Positions 24,856-32,000 of a stretch of DNA of 32,000 nt are shown here, in pieces (position 1 is the stretch's first letter; each line of letters begins with the position of its first letter). The notes below the pieces were generated by a model, which had not been told where the DNA came from, ran no database searches, and saw only the letters and a list, made by a program, of their open reading frames with translations. The stretch lies in NCBI RefSeq assembly GCF_000025925.1, contig NC_014033.1, forward strand, positions 1,020,001 to 1,052,000, in the 5' to 3' direction. This DNA comes from Xylanibacter ruminicola 23. GTDB taxonomy: Bacteria > Bacteroidota > Bacteroidia > Bacteroidales > Bacteroidaceae. The position numbers and the translations under genes were made by a program.

Positions 24856-26700
24856 TCATTCAACTGTCACCGATTTTGCTAAGTTTCTTGGCTGGTCAAC
24901 GTTCTTACCTTTGCAAACGGCAACGTGATAAGCCAACAACTGCAGAGGAATCGTTGCAACCAGCGGTTCCAAACACTCAAGCACGTCGGGAAGTTCAATC
25001 ACCTCGTCGGCAATTTTCGCAATGGTGTCGTCGCCCTTCGATACGAGCGCAATCACCCTACCCTGACGGGCTTTTATCTCCTGAATGTTCGACAGCACCT
25101 TCTCGTACATCGCGTTATGGGTGGCGATAACCACTACAGGCATGTCGGAGTCGATCAGGGCGATAGGTCCGTGTTTCATCTCGGCTGCGGGATAACCCTC
25201 AGCGTGGATGTACGAAATTTCTTTCAGTTTCAAGGCGCCTTCGAGTGCTACCGGATACGAGAATCCGCGACCCAGATACAGGAAGTTGTGTGCATAGGTA
25301 AACGTGCGGGCCAGGTCGGCTACCTTATCGTTTGTCTGCAGCACCTCGCGAATCTTCATAGGTATCTCGCTCAGACCTTTTACTATCTTCAGATATTCAT
25401 CGCGCTTAACGGTTCCCTTTGCCTCCGAGAGTGCCAGGGCTATCATCGTGAGCACGGTTACCTGTCCGGTAAATGCCTTGGTTGATGCCACGCCAATCTC
25501 AGGACCTACGTGGATGTAAGTACCTGTATCGGTAGCACGGGGGATTGACGAACCGATGGCGTTACATACACCATATATAAATGCGCCTTTTTCTTTTGCT
25601 AACTGTACGGCTGCCAGTGTATCGGCGGTCTCACCGCTCTGACTGATGGCGATTACTACGTCGCCTTTGCCTACTACTGGGTTGCGATAGCGGAACTCAG
25701 AAGCGTATTCTACTTCTACAGGAATACGGCACAGACTCTCGATAATCTGCTTACCAATCAAACCGGCGTGCCATGAAGTACCGCAAGCTACGATTACTAC
25801 GCGCTTGGCGTCGAGCAGCTGGCGGCGGTAGTCGATCAGTGCCGAAAGAGTTACATGGTCGGCCTCTACATTTACACGTCCACGCATGCAGTTGGTCAGG
25901 CACTCAGGCTGCTCAAAAATCTCCTTCAGCATGAAGTGTGGGTAACCACCCTTCTCAATCTGGCCCAAGTCGATGTCTACGGTCTTAACGGCCAGCTCCT
26001 GATCTTCACCCTGGATATTTACCACGTGCAGATCCTGACCGCGACGGATAACAGCGATGTTACCATCCTCCAGATAAACCACTTTATCGGTATATTCTAC
26101 GATAGGACTGGCATCTGAACCAAGGAAGAATTCGTCTTCGCCGATACCTACAACCAGCGGACTCTGCTTGCGGGCGCAGATAATCTGGTCGGCATCACGC
26201 TTGTCAAGTACGGCGATGGCATAAGCACCAATCACCTGGTACAAGGCTACCTGTACTGCTGTGAGCAGGTCGAGATTCTTATGTTCCTTAATATATTCTA
26301 TGAGCTGAACCAGCACCTCGGTGTCGGTATCCGATACAAAGTGTACACCCTTCTGCTGCAGTTTCTCCTTCAGCTCGGCGTAGTTCTCGATAATACCGTT
26401 GTGGATGATGGCTAAGTTCTTACTTTCTGAATAATGTGGGTGTGCGTTACGCGATGATGGTTCACCATGAGTGGCCCAACGCGTGTGCGCTATACCTATA
26501 GTACCACTTACATTCTTGTCGCTGCAGTATTCACAAAGGTTGTCGACTTTTCCTTTCGACTTGTAAACATTCAAGTCGCCATTGTCATTAATCAAAGCTA
26601 CGCCAGCGCTATCGTAACCACGATATTCCAGACGGCGCAAGCCTTTAATTAGTATGGGATAAGCTTCCTTATTCCCGATGTATCCTACGATTCCACACAT
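24856..26700 (-). CDS. glmS: Glutamine--fructose-6-phosphate aminotransferase (614 aa)
   Basis: N-terminal MCGIVGYIG Ntn-amidotransferase domain, two SIS domains, and the C-terminal ...DQPRNLAKSVTVE typical of GlmS. Confidence 0.95.
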   Translation of the reverse strand: MCGIVGYIGNKEAYPILIKGLRRLEYRGYDSAGVALINDNGDLNVYKSKGKVDNLCEYCSDKNVSGTIGIAHTRWATHGEPSSRNAHPHYSESKNLAIIHNGIIENYAELKEKLQQKGVHFVSDTDTEVLVQLIEYIKEHKNLDLLTAVQVALYQVIGAYAIAVLDKRDADQIICARKQSPLVVGIGEDEFFLGSDASPIVEYTDKVVYLEDGNIAVIRRGQDLHVVNIQGEDQELAVKTVDIDLGQIEKGGYPHFMLKEIFEQPECLTNCMRGRVNVEADHVTLSALIDYRRQLLDAKRVVIVACGTSWHAGLIGKQIIESLCRIPVEVEYASEFRYRNPVVGKGDVVIAISQSGETADTLAAVQLAKEKGAFIYGVCNAIGSSIPRATDTGTYIHVGPEIGVASTKAFTGQVTVLTMIALALSEAKGTVKRDEYLKIVKGLSEIPMKIREVLQTNDKVADLARTFTYAHNFLYLGRGFSYPVALEGALKLKEISYIHAEGYPAAEMKHGPIALIDSDMPVVVIATHNAMYEKVLSNIQEIKARQGRVIALVSKGDDTIAKIADEVIELPDVLECLEPLVATIPLQLLAYHVAVCKGKNVDQPRNLAKSVTVE

Positions 26701-26743
26701 ATACTGTTTTGTCGTTTTGTCGTCTTTGATTCAAATTCGGCTG

Positions 26744-26774
26744 CAAAATTACAACAAAAATCTGAATCTACAAA
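26744..26774 (-). promoter_or_regulatory. Promoter of glmS
   Basis: On the minus strand: TTTG (rc of 26771-26774), 19-nt spacer, TAATTTTG (rc of 26744-26751), about 43 nt before the ATG. Confidence 0.55.
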
Positions 26775-26818
26775 CGTTTTGCCCAAAAATATTTCTAAAA
26801 ACTTACACAAGATAATAT

Positions 26819-26853
26819 AAAACAAAAATCCACCAAGATTCACATCTTGATGG
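26819..26853 (-). terminator. Intrinsic terminator after the tRNA-Asp pair
   Basis: Minus-strand RNA is CCAUCAAGAU-GUGA-AUCUUGGUGG (10-bp stem with one G-U, arms at 26830-26839 and 26844-26853), followed by AUUUUUGUUUU. Confidence 0.6.
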
Positions 26854-26860
26854 ACCTCTG

Positions 26861-26934
26861 CGGTGCGTACGAGATTCGAACTCGTGACCTCCTGCGTGAC
26901 AGGCAGGCATTCTAACCTACTGAACTAACGCACC
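26861..26934 (-). tRNA. tRNA-Asp (anticodon GTC)
   Basis: The reverse complement GGTGCGTTAGTTCAGTAGGTTAGAATG-CCTGC-CTGTCAC-GCAGG-AGGTCACGAGTTCGAATCTCGTACGCACCG is a 74-nt cloverleaf. Confidence 0.9.
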
Positions 26935-26968
26935 ATTACTATGGAACGAATGAAAAAAAACTTTTTAG

Positions 26969-27042
26969 CGGTGCGTACGAGATTCGAACTCGTGACCTCC
27001 TGCGTGACAGGCAGGCATTCTAACCTACTGAACTAACGCACC
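26969..27042 (-). tRNA. tRNA-Asp (anticodon GTC), identical second copy
   Basis: The 74 nt are identical to 26861-26934. Confidence 0.9.
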
Positions 27043-27070
27043 AAAGAACGCTTTTTCTTATTTGCGGGTG

Positions 27071-27101
27071 CAAAGGTAGTGATATTTTTGGAACTACCAA
27101 A
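27071..27101 (-). promoter_or_regulatory. Promoter of the tRNA-Asp pair
   Basis: On the minus strand: TTTG (rc of 27098-27101), 19-nt spacer, TACCTTTG (rc of 27071-27078), followed by CACCCGCAA. It lies 28 nt upstream of the tRNA. The module is nearly identical to the one at 18007-18070. Confidence 0.65.
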
Positions 27102-27125
27102 ACTTTTTGGCGATTTTTTTGCGAT

Positions 27126-27644
27126 TTAATCGCATTTTTTCTGAAATACGTACTGAATTAGCACAGAATCGCGATATTTTGCTCCATCGAACAGCCAATC
27201 GCCTATTTTTGCGCATACTTTGTAACCGGCTTTTTCGAATAGGCAAAGTGATGCTTTATTCTCACAATCCACGTAGGCATAAAGCTGATGAAGATGCAAA
27301 ATGCGCTGGGCGTAATCGGCCAAAGCCTGTAGCATGGCGGTGCCATATCCCTGTTGGCGATAGCTGTTAAGTACTATCAGTCCCACCTCGGCGCGACAGT
27401 TGGCAGGGTCGAAATTCACCAAATCGGCCACACCTACTACCTCGCCTGCCTGGTTCTCAACCATCATACGCACCTGGCGGTCGGTATAGATGTCGTTTTT
27501 GCAGTTAGCTACATAGTCGTGCAGCAGGTATCGCGAATATGGTACGTTGGTGTTGCCAACGTTCCAAAGCTCTACGTCGTTTTCTATACGGTATAGCAGA
27601 TCGAGATCTTCGGGTTCGATAGCGCGCAGTGTAATCTGTTTCAT
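27126..27644 (-). CDS. GNAT-family N-acetyltransferase (RimJ/RimL-like, 172 aa)
   Basis: LRAIEPEDLDLLYRIEND..., acetyl-CoA motif QQGYGTAMLQALADYA, ...NKASLCLFEKAGY. Confidence 0.85.
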   Translation of the reverse strand: MKQITLRAIEPEDLDLLYRIENDVELWNVGNTNVPYSRYLLHDYVANCKNDIYTDRQVRMMVENQAGEVVGVADLVNFDPANCRAEVGLIVLNSYRQQGYGTAMLQALADYAQRILHLHQLYAYVDCENKASLCLFEKAGYKVCAKIGDWLFDGAKYRDSVLIQYVFQKKCD

Positions 27645-28480
27645 CCTAAATGCAGTTTTTTACGTACGATATCAACTAATGCCAGCGAGGCGCGGAAGTA
27701 GATGGCCACTTTAACTGGCAGCGAAAAAAAGAAACTGAGGTGACTGTAGTGCTTGTGGAAGAATATCAGCATGGCCTGATAGAACACATGCACATAGCGG
27801 AAATCTGATTTGCTGGTCGACTGACCTTTGTAATGTACAATATCGTAAGGCAGATACCAGTTTTGCCATCCGCCTTGAAGCAGACGATACGACAGGTCGA
27901 TATCTTCGCCATACATAAAAAAGTCCTCGTCCAGCATGCCTACCTCGTAGATGGCCTTGTGGCGCAGCAGCATAAAGGCGCCGCTCACCACTTCGATCTG
28001 TGCAGGCGCATCCCACGACAGGTAGCTCATATAGTAGCGCTTGGTGAAGCCTAACATCTTACGGGCAGCGACAAAAGGTGTGGGAATAGCACGTCTACTT
28101 TCGGGTGCCAGGGTGCCATCGGCATTGTGCATTCTTACACCTGCCCCACCCGCCTTAGGGTGCTGGTCCATAAAGTCGATAACACCTTTCAGTGTCTCCT
28201 CAGCCACCACGGTGTCGGGGTTCAGCAACAGAATGTACTCACCTTGTGCCTGACGGATAGCTATGTTGTTGGCCTTCGAGAAACCTAAGTTCTCCCTATT
28301 ATTAATAAGGTGTACCCACGCGTAGTCGCGACTGATTACCTCTACACTATCGTCGTCGCTATGGTTATCTACCACAAACACCTCGCTCTCGATATCCTCG
28401 AGAGCGCGCTGTACGCTGTCAAGACATGCCGTAAGGTACGGGCGTACGTTGTAGTTTACGATAATAACCGATAGCTTCAT
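27641..28480 (-). CDS. Family 2 glycosyltransferase (279 aa)
   Basis: MKLSVIIVNYNVRPYL...VFVVDNHSDDDS...NLGFSKANNIAI...LLLNPDT is the classic GT2 (GT-A, DxD) N-terminal domain. The stop overlaps the GNAT start by 4 nt. Confidence 0.85.
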   Translation of the reverse strand: MKLSVIIVNYNVRPYLTACLDSVQRALEDIESEVFVVDNHSDDDSVEVISRDYAWVHLINNRENLGFSKANNIAIRQAQGEYILLLNPDTVVAEETLKGVIDFMDQHPKAGGAGVRMHNADGTLAPESRRAIPTPFVAARKMLGFTKRYYMSYLSWDAPAQIEVVSGAFMLLRHKAIYEVGMLDEDFFMYGEDIDLSYRLLQGGWQNWYLPYDIVHYKGQSTSKSDFRYVHVFYQAMLIFFHKHYSHLSFFFSLPVKVAIYFRASLALVDIVRKKLHLG

Positions 28481-28501
28481 ATTTTTCTTTTGGCGGTGAT
28501 A

Positions 28502-28927
28502 TTATTTATCGTCTTCAACCTCGGCCTCGCAACGGCTCATGGTTGGAAACACAAATGGCAGGCACAGCAAACCGATGATGGCCATATAACCAAAAGTGGT
28601 GTTCATATATAAATAATATAAATAGGTATTAGCAACCATGGGTGCCAGTATCATTACCAGGCGCAGGGTGCCCCACTTGCTTAAGGCATTATGCTTTTTG
28701 CTTACCAGTTCGGCGTGCACCTTATTAAACTTAAACAGGCGCAAGCCCAGGAACACGCAACCCAGTGTGAGCAGTTCCATAAAGGCGGTCCAGAAAAACT
28801 CCGATTGTGTTTCGCCTGTATACAAACCTGCAGTCATGGTATCGGTCTCAAACAGAACTACAATGCCCAGTGCAAACACTACGGCAAAAACCAGAATGGT
28901 CATCAAGTGATTTCTTGTTTCTTTCAT
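28502..28927 (-). CDS. Small membrane protein, about 4 TM (141 aa), function unknown
   Basis: Four hydrophobic helices and an acidic C-terminus (EAEVEDDK). It lies 6 nt after recR and 21 nt before the GT2 gene. Confidence 0.6.
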   Translation of the reverse strand: MKETRNHLMTILVFAVVFALGIVVLFETDTMTAGLYTGETQSEFFWTAFMELLTLGCVFLGLRLFKFNKVHAELVSKKHNALSKWGTLRLVMILAPMVANTYLYYLYMNTTFGYMAIIGLLCLPFVFPTMSRCEAEVEDDK

Positions 28928-28933
28928 ATCTTC

Positions 28934-29551
28934 CTATTTTTCTTCAAACAATGTTCGGTTAGTAATCGATCGGCCCAGCGTAACCTCGTCGGCATACTCC
29001 AGTTCGTTGCCCACGGCTATGCCTCGGGCTATCACGCTTACTTTTATGCCAGTAGGCGCCAGTTTTCGGTAGATGTAGAAGTTGGTGGTGTCGCCTTCCA
29101 TAGTTGGACTCAGGGCTAATATCACCTCCTGTACCGTGCCCTCGCCTACGCGCTGTATCAGTGAGTCGATCTCGATGTCGGCAGGACCCATGCCGTCCAT
29201 GGGCGATATCACACCACCTAATACGTGGTACAGACCATTGAACTGTTGGGTGTTCTCGATGGCCATCACATCCTGTATGTTCTCAACCACGCACACCGTT
29301 GTTTGGTCGCGGCGCTGGTCGGCACAGATGGGACAGATGTCGGTATCGCTGATATTGTGGCACACTTTACAGTACTTTACGCCGCACTTCAGCTCGTTTA
29401 CTGCCGCAGTAAACTGTGTTACGTCGCTATCGTCCTGACGCAGCATCCAGAGTACCAGGCGCAGGGCGGTTTTCCTGCCGATGCCCGGTAGCTTCGAAAA
29501 CTCCTGTACAGCCTTTTCGAGCAGTTGCGATGGGTATTGTTGTTGTATCAT
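28934..29551 (-). CDS. recR: Recombination protein RecR (205 aa)
   Basis: HhH motif ([12 protein letters not shown]), C4 zinc finger ([16 protein letters not shown]), and Toprim ([14 protein letters not shown]). Confidence 0.95.
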   Translation of the reverse strand: MIQQQYPSQLLEKAVQEFSKLPGIGRKTALRLVLWMLRQDDSDVTQFTAAVNELKCGVKYCKVCHNISDTDICPICADQRRDQTTVCVVENIQDVMAIENTQQFNGLYHVLGGVISPMDGMGPADIEIDSLIQRVGEGTVQEVILALSPTMEGDTTNFYIYRKLAPTGIKVSVIARGIAVGNELEYADEVTLGRSITNRTLFEEK

Positions 29552-31344
29552 ATTTCTGATAGTTCCAGCCAGCGCATGCTCTTCTCGTCGAGTTCGTCGT
29601 TAAGCACGGGCAGACGCTTGCTCATTGTTGTTATTTCCTCAACCGATGTGGTGCCACCACAAAGGGCTTCTTCTATCTGTTTCTTCTCAACCTCGAGTGC
29701 CTCGATGTCCTTTTCCAACTGCTCCAACTCGCGCTTTTCCTTAAACGTAAGCTTGCGTTTCTGCTGCGGATTGTTGGCGGACTGTTTTGTGGCCTTTTCG
29801 GCTTTTTGCTCTTTGGCTTCTTTAGGCTCATCGGGCTGCAGTTTTTCCCATTCGCGATACTGTGTGTAGTTGCCTGGGAAATCCTTGATGTCGCCCATGC
29901 CTTTAAATACCAGCAGATGGTCAACCACCTTATCCATAAAGTAGCGGTCGTGACTTACTACAATCACGCAGCCTGGGAAGTCCTGCAGGTATTCTTCCAG
30001 AATCTGTAGTGTTACGATGTCCAGGTCGTTCGTAGGCTCGTCGAGCACCAGGAAGTTGGGGTTCTTCATCAGCACTGTACATAGGTACAACTTACGGCGC
30101 TCGCCACCGCTCAGCTTGTACACATAGTTGTGCTGCTGTTCGGGTGTGAACATGAAATGCTGCAGAAACTGCGAGGCAGTTAAGTGCTTGCCGCCACCCA
30201 TGTCGATATACTCAGCTATATCCTTTACTACATCGATAACCTTCTGTGTATCATCAAAATGCAGACCTTCTTGCGAGAAATAGCCGAAGCGTACGGTGTC
30301 GCCGATATCAAACTTTCCGCTATCGGGTGCCACCTGGCCTAACAGCATTTTTATGAAGGTAGATTTGCCTGTACCGTTATTGCCCACGATACCCATCTTC
30401 TCAAAGCGTGAGAAGTTATAATAAAAGTCCTTGAGTATTGTCAACGGTTCGGCTTCTGGGCGCTCAAAGGCCTTCGATACATATTGGCACTCAAAGATTT
30501 TTGAGCCAATATATACGTTGCGGGATTTCAATCGTACTTGGCGTTCCTCTATGCGCTGCTTGGCTATCTTCTCTAGTTCGTAGAAAGCTTCTTCGCGGTA
30601 ACGGGCTTTGTGACCACGGGCCTGAGGCATGCGACGCATCCACTCCAACTCGGTGCGATATAGGTTGTTGGCGCGTGCTATTTCGGCACGGCGGTTGTCG
30701 ATACGTTCCTGGCGTTTCTCTAAGTAGTAGCTGTAGTTGCCACGATAGGTATAAACAGTCTGATCGTCCAGCTCCAGGATTACCGAGCACACACGGTCCA
30801 GGAAAAATCGGTCGTGTGTTACCATCAGCAGCGTTTTGTTGCCACGGTTCAGGTAGCCCTCCAGCCATTCAATCATCTCCAAGTCCAGATGGTTGGTTGG
30901 CTCGTCGAGTATCAGAAGATCGGGATCGGTAATCAGCACGTTGGCCAGTGCCACGCGCTTCTGCTGTCCTCCGCTCAGCTGGCGCATAGGCTGTTCCAGG
31001 TCGCGTATCTTCAGCTGTGTCAGCACCTGCTTGGCTTTCAGTACTTTCTCAGGGTCGCCCTGATGATTAAAGCATGCATCCAGCACACTCTCGTTAGGGT
31101 CGAATGCGGGACTCTGCTCCAGCATGCCCACGCGCAGGTCGCGACGGAAGATAATCTCGCCCTCGTCGTAACCTTCCTTACCGCTCAGGATAGATAACAG
31201 CGTACTTTTACCGGTACCGTTCTTGGCTATCAGTCCTACCTTTTGTCCTTCGGCTATCGAAAAGCTTAAATCGCGAAACAGCACCAACGATCCAAACGAC
31301 TTCGTTAAGTGCTGCACGTCTAAGTATGGATTTTCTTTAGCCAT
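29548..31344 (-). CDS. ABC-F family ATPase with C-terminal coiled-coil/basic extension (598 aa)
   Basis: Two NBDs (Walker [13 protein letters not shown] and [12 protein letters not shown]; signatures [12 protein letters not shown] and [11 protein letters not shown]). No TM domain. Lys/Glu-rich C-terminal helix, as in Uup-type ABC-F proteins. Confidence 0.9.
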   Translation of the reverse strand: MAKENPYLDVQHLTKSFGSLVLFRDLSFSIAEGQKVGLIAKNGTGKSTLLSILSGKEGYDEGEIIFRRDLRVGMLEQSPAFDPNESVLDACFNHQGDPEKVLKAKQVLTQLKIRDLEQPMRQLSGGQQKRVALANVLITDPDLLILDEPTNHLDLEMIEWLEGYLNRGNKTLLMVTHDRFFLDRVCSVILELDDQTVYTYRGNYSYYLEKRQERIDNRRAEIARANNLYRTELEWMRRMPQARGHKARYREEAFYELEKIAKQRIEERQVRLKSRNVYIGSKIFECQYVSKAFERPEAEPLTILKDFYYNFSRFEKMGIVGNNGTGKSTFIKMLLGQVAPDSGKFDIGDTVRFGYFSQEGLHFDDTQKVIDVVKDIAEYIDMGGGKHLTASQFLQHFMFTPEQQHNYVYKLSGGERRKLYLCTVLMKNPNFLVLDEPTNDLDIVTLQILEEYLQDFPGCVIVVSHDRYFMDKVVDHLLVFKGMGDIKDFPGNYTQYREWEKLQPDEPKEAKEQKAEKATKQSANNPQQKRKLTFKEKRELEQLEKDIEALEVEKKQIEEALCGGTTSVEEITTMSKRLPVLNDELDEKSMRWLELSEI

Positions 31345-31946
31345 TATTCCTTCAATCCTTTATTAATTTGTTCAATGTAATCCAGTACCTCGTCGCGGCC
31401 CTGTTTCTTTTCCGATGAGGTAACAAAAATCGGGGGCAGCTCCTCCCATGTTTCGCTCAGCACCTTCTTGTAAGCATTCAGGTTCTGAAGCACCTTGCTG
31501 GCGCTCAACTTATCGGCCTTGGTAAATATAATGGCAAATGGCACGCTACTGGTTCCCATCCACTCCATAAACTCCAGATCTATCTTCTGGGCCTCCAAGC
31601 GTATGTCAATCAGCAGAAACACGTTTACCAGCTGCTCGCGCTGCAGTATATAGCCGTTAATCATCTGCTCCAGCTTCTGCACCTCTTTCTTCGAGCGCTT
31701 GGCAAAACCATAGCCGGGCAAATCTACCAGGTACCACTCATTATTAATAATAAAGTGGTTAATGAGCAGTGTTTTACCGGGTGTGGCACTGGTCTTAGCC
31801 AGATTTTTCTTGCCGGTAAGCATGTTTATCAGGCTCGACTTACCCACGTTCGAACGACCAATAAAGGCGTATTCGGGTTTGGTATCCTTCGGACACATCG
31901 ACTCCATCGGAGCGCTTAATGTAAATTCGGCTTTCTTAATTTCCAT
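31344..31946 (-). CDS. engB: Ribosome-biogenesis GTPase EngB/YihA (200 aa)
   Basis: G1 [13 protein letters not shown]3 DLPGYG, G4 TKADK. The stop overlaps the ABC-F start by 1 nt. Confidence 0.9.
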   Translation of the reverse strand: MEIKKAEFTLSAPMESMCPKDTKPEYAFIGRSNVGKSSLINMLTGKKNLAKTSATPGKTLLINHFIINNEWYLVDLPGYGFAKRSKKEVQKLEQMINGYILQREQLVNVFLLIDIRLEAQKIDLEFMEWMGTSSVPFAIIFTKADKLSASKVLQNLNAYKKVLSETWEELPPIFVTSSEKKQGRDEVLDYIEQINKGLKE

Positions 31947-31967
31947 AAGTTATATCAATTTTGGGTG

Positions 31968-31998
31968 CAAAGATACGAAAAGTCGAGAGCAAAACAAA
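31968..31998 (-). promoter_or_regulatory. Promoter of the engB-to-GNAT operon
   Basis: On the minus strand: TTTG (rc of 31995-31998), 19-nt spacer, TATCTTTG (rc of 31968-31975), followed by CACCC. It lies 21 nt before the engB ATG. Confidence 0.55.
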
Positions 31999-32000
31999 AG

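Noticed and set aside
26701-26743. Possible glmS ribozyme in the glmS leader.
   Set aside because: The leader from the predicted promoter is only about 40 nt and the whole gap to the tRNA terminator is about 120 nt of A/T-rich sequence. That is too short and lacks the GC-rich pseudoknotted core. Known glmS ribozymes are mainly in Gram-positive bacteria.
28691-29119. 142-aa plus-strand ORF bridging the small membrane protein gene and recR.
   Set aside because: It is antisense to two well-supported genes and crosses their junction. There is no promoter motif.
1-32000. Window-wide scan for defence islands, prophage remnants, toxin-antitoxin pairs, retrons or DGRs, or large structured ncRNAs.
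   Set aside because: Every ORF over about 140 aa is accounted for by housekeeping, catabolic or signalling genes. The intergenic gaps are all 200 nt or shorter and are explained by promoters, terminators or tRNAs. Nothing resembles nucleases, helicase-nuclease pairs, reverse transcriptases or phage structural genes.

Overview
This is a compact, almost fully coding chromosomal segment that reads like core genome of a Bacteroidota organism, Prevotella- or Bacteroides-like. The taxonomic guess is inference. It rests on canonical Bacteroidetes promoters (-33 TTTG, 19-20 nt spacer, -7 TAnnTTTG) in front of most operons, many lipoprotein or Sec signals ending in A-Q or C, and the gene content.

Gene order:
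- feoB (3' part)
- GH43-like hydrolase
- A minus-strand operon of TPR sensor kinase, LuxR-type response regulator and a small membrane protein
- kdgK-eda, divergent from lacI-uxaA-nhaC-like-hypothetical (hexuronate/KDG catabolism)
- GH25 lysozyme, divergent from a C11 (clostripain-like) lipoprotein peptidase
- A tRNA array (Gly-Leu-Leu-Gly) running into hypothetical-ssb-gldE-like (CNNM/CorC)
- REC-histidine kinase coupled to carboxy(nor)spermidine decarboxylase
- glmS, then carA-carB
- Two tRNA-Asp
- A six-gene operon: engB, ABC-F, recR, membrane protein, GT2, GNAT

I found no CRISPR array, transposase, integrase, toxin-antitoxin pair or recognisable defence genes, and no intergenic region large enough to hide a long ncRNA. 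I cannot point to a convincing new system.

The least-explained part is the 1896-6402 operon. It holds a 1059-aa kinase plus pseudokinase fusion, a response regulator and an AbgT-like mini membrane protein, and it sits directly behind a terminator. Other observations:
- A signalling protein translationally coupled to polyamine synthesis.
- An NhaC-family transporter plus an orphan protein inside the hexuronate operon.
- A promoter module shared by both tRNA operons.
- An SSB without the acidic tail.

All product calls come from reading the translations by eye. No searches were run.
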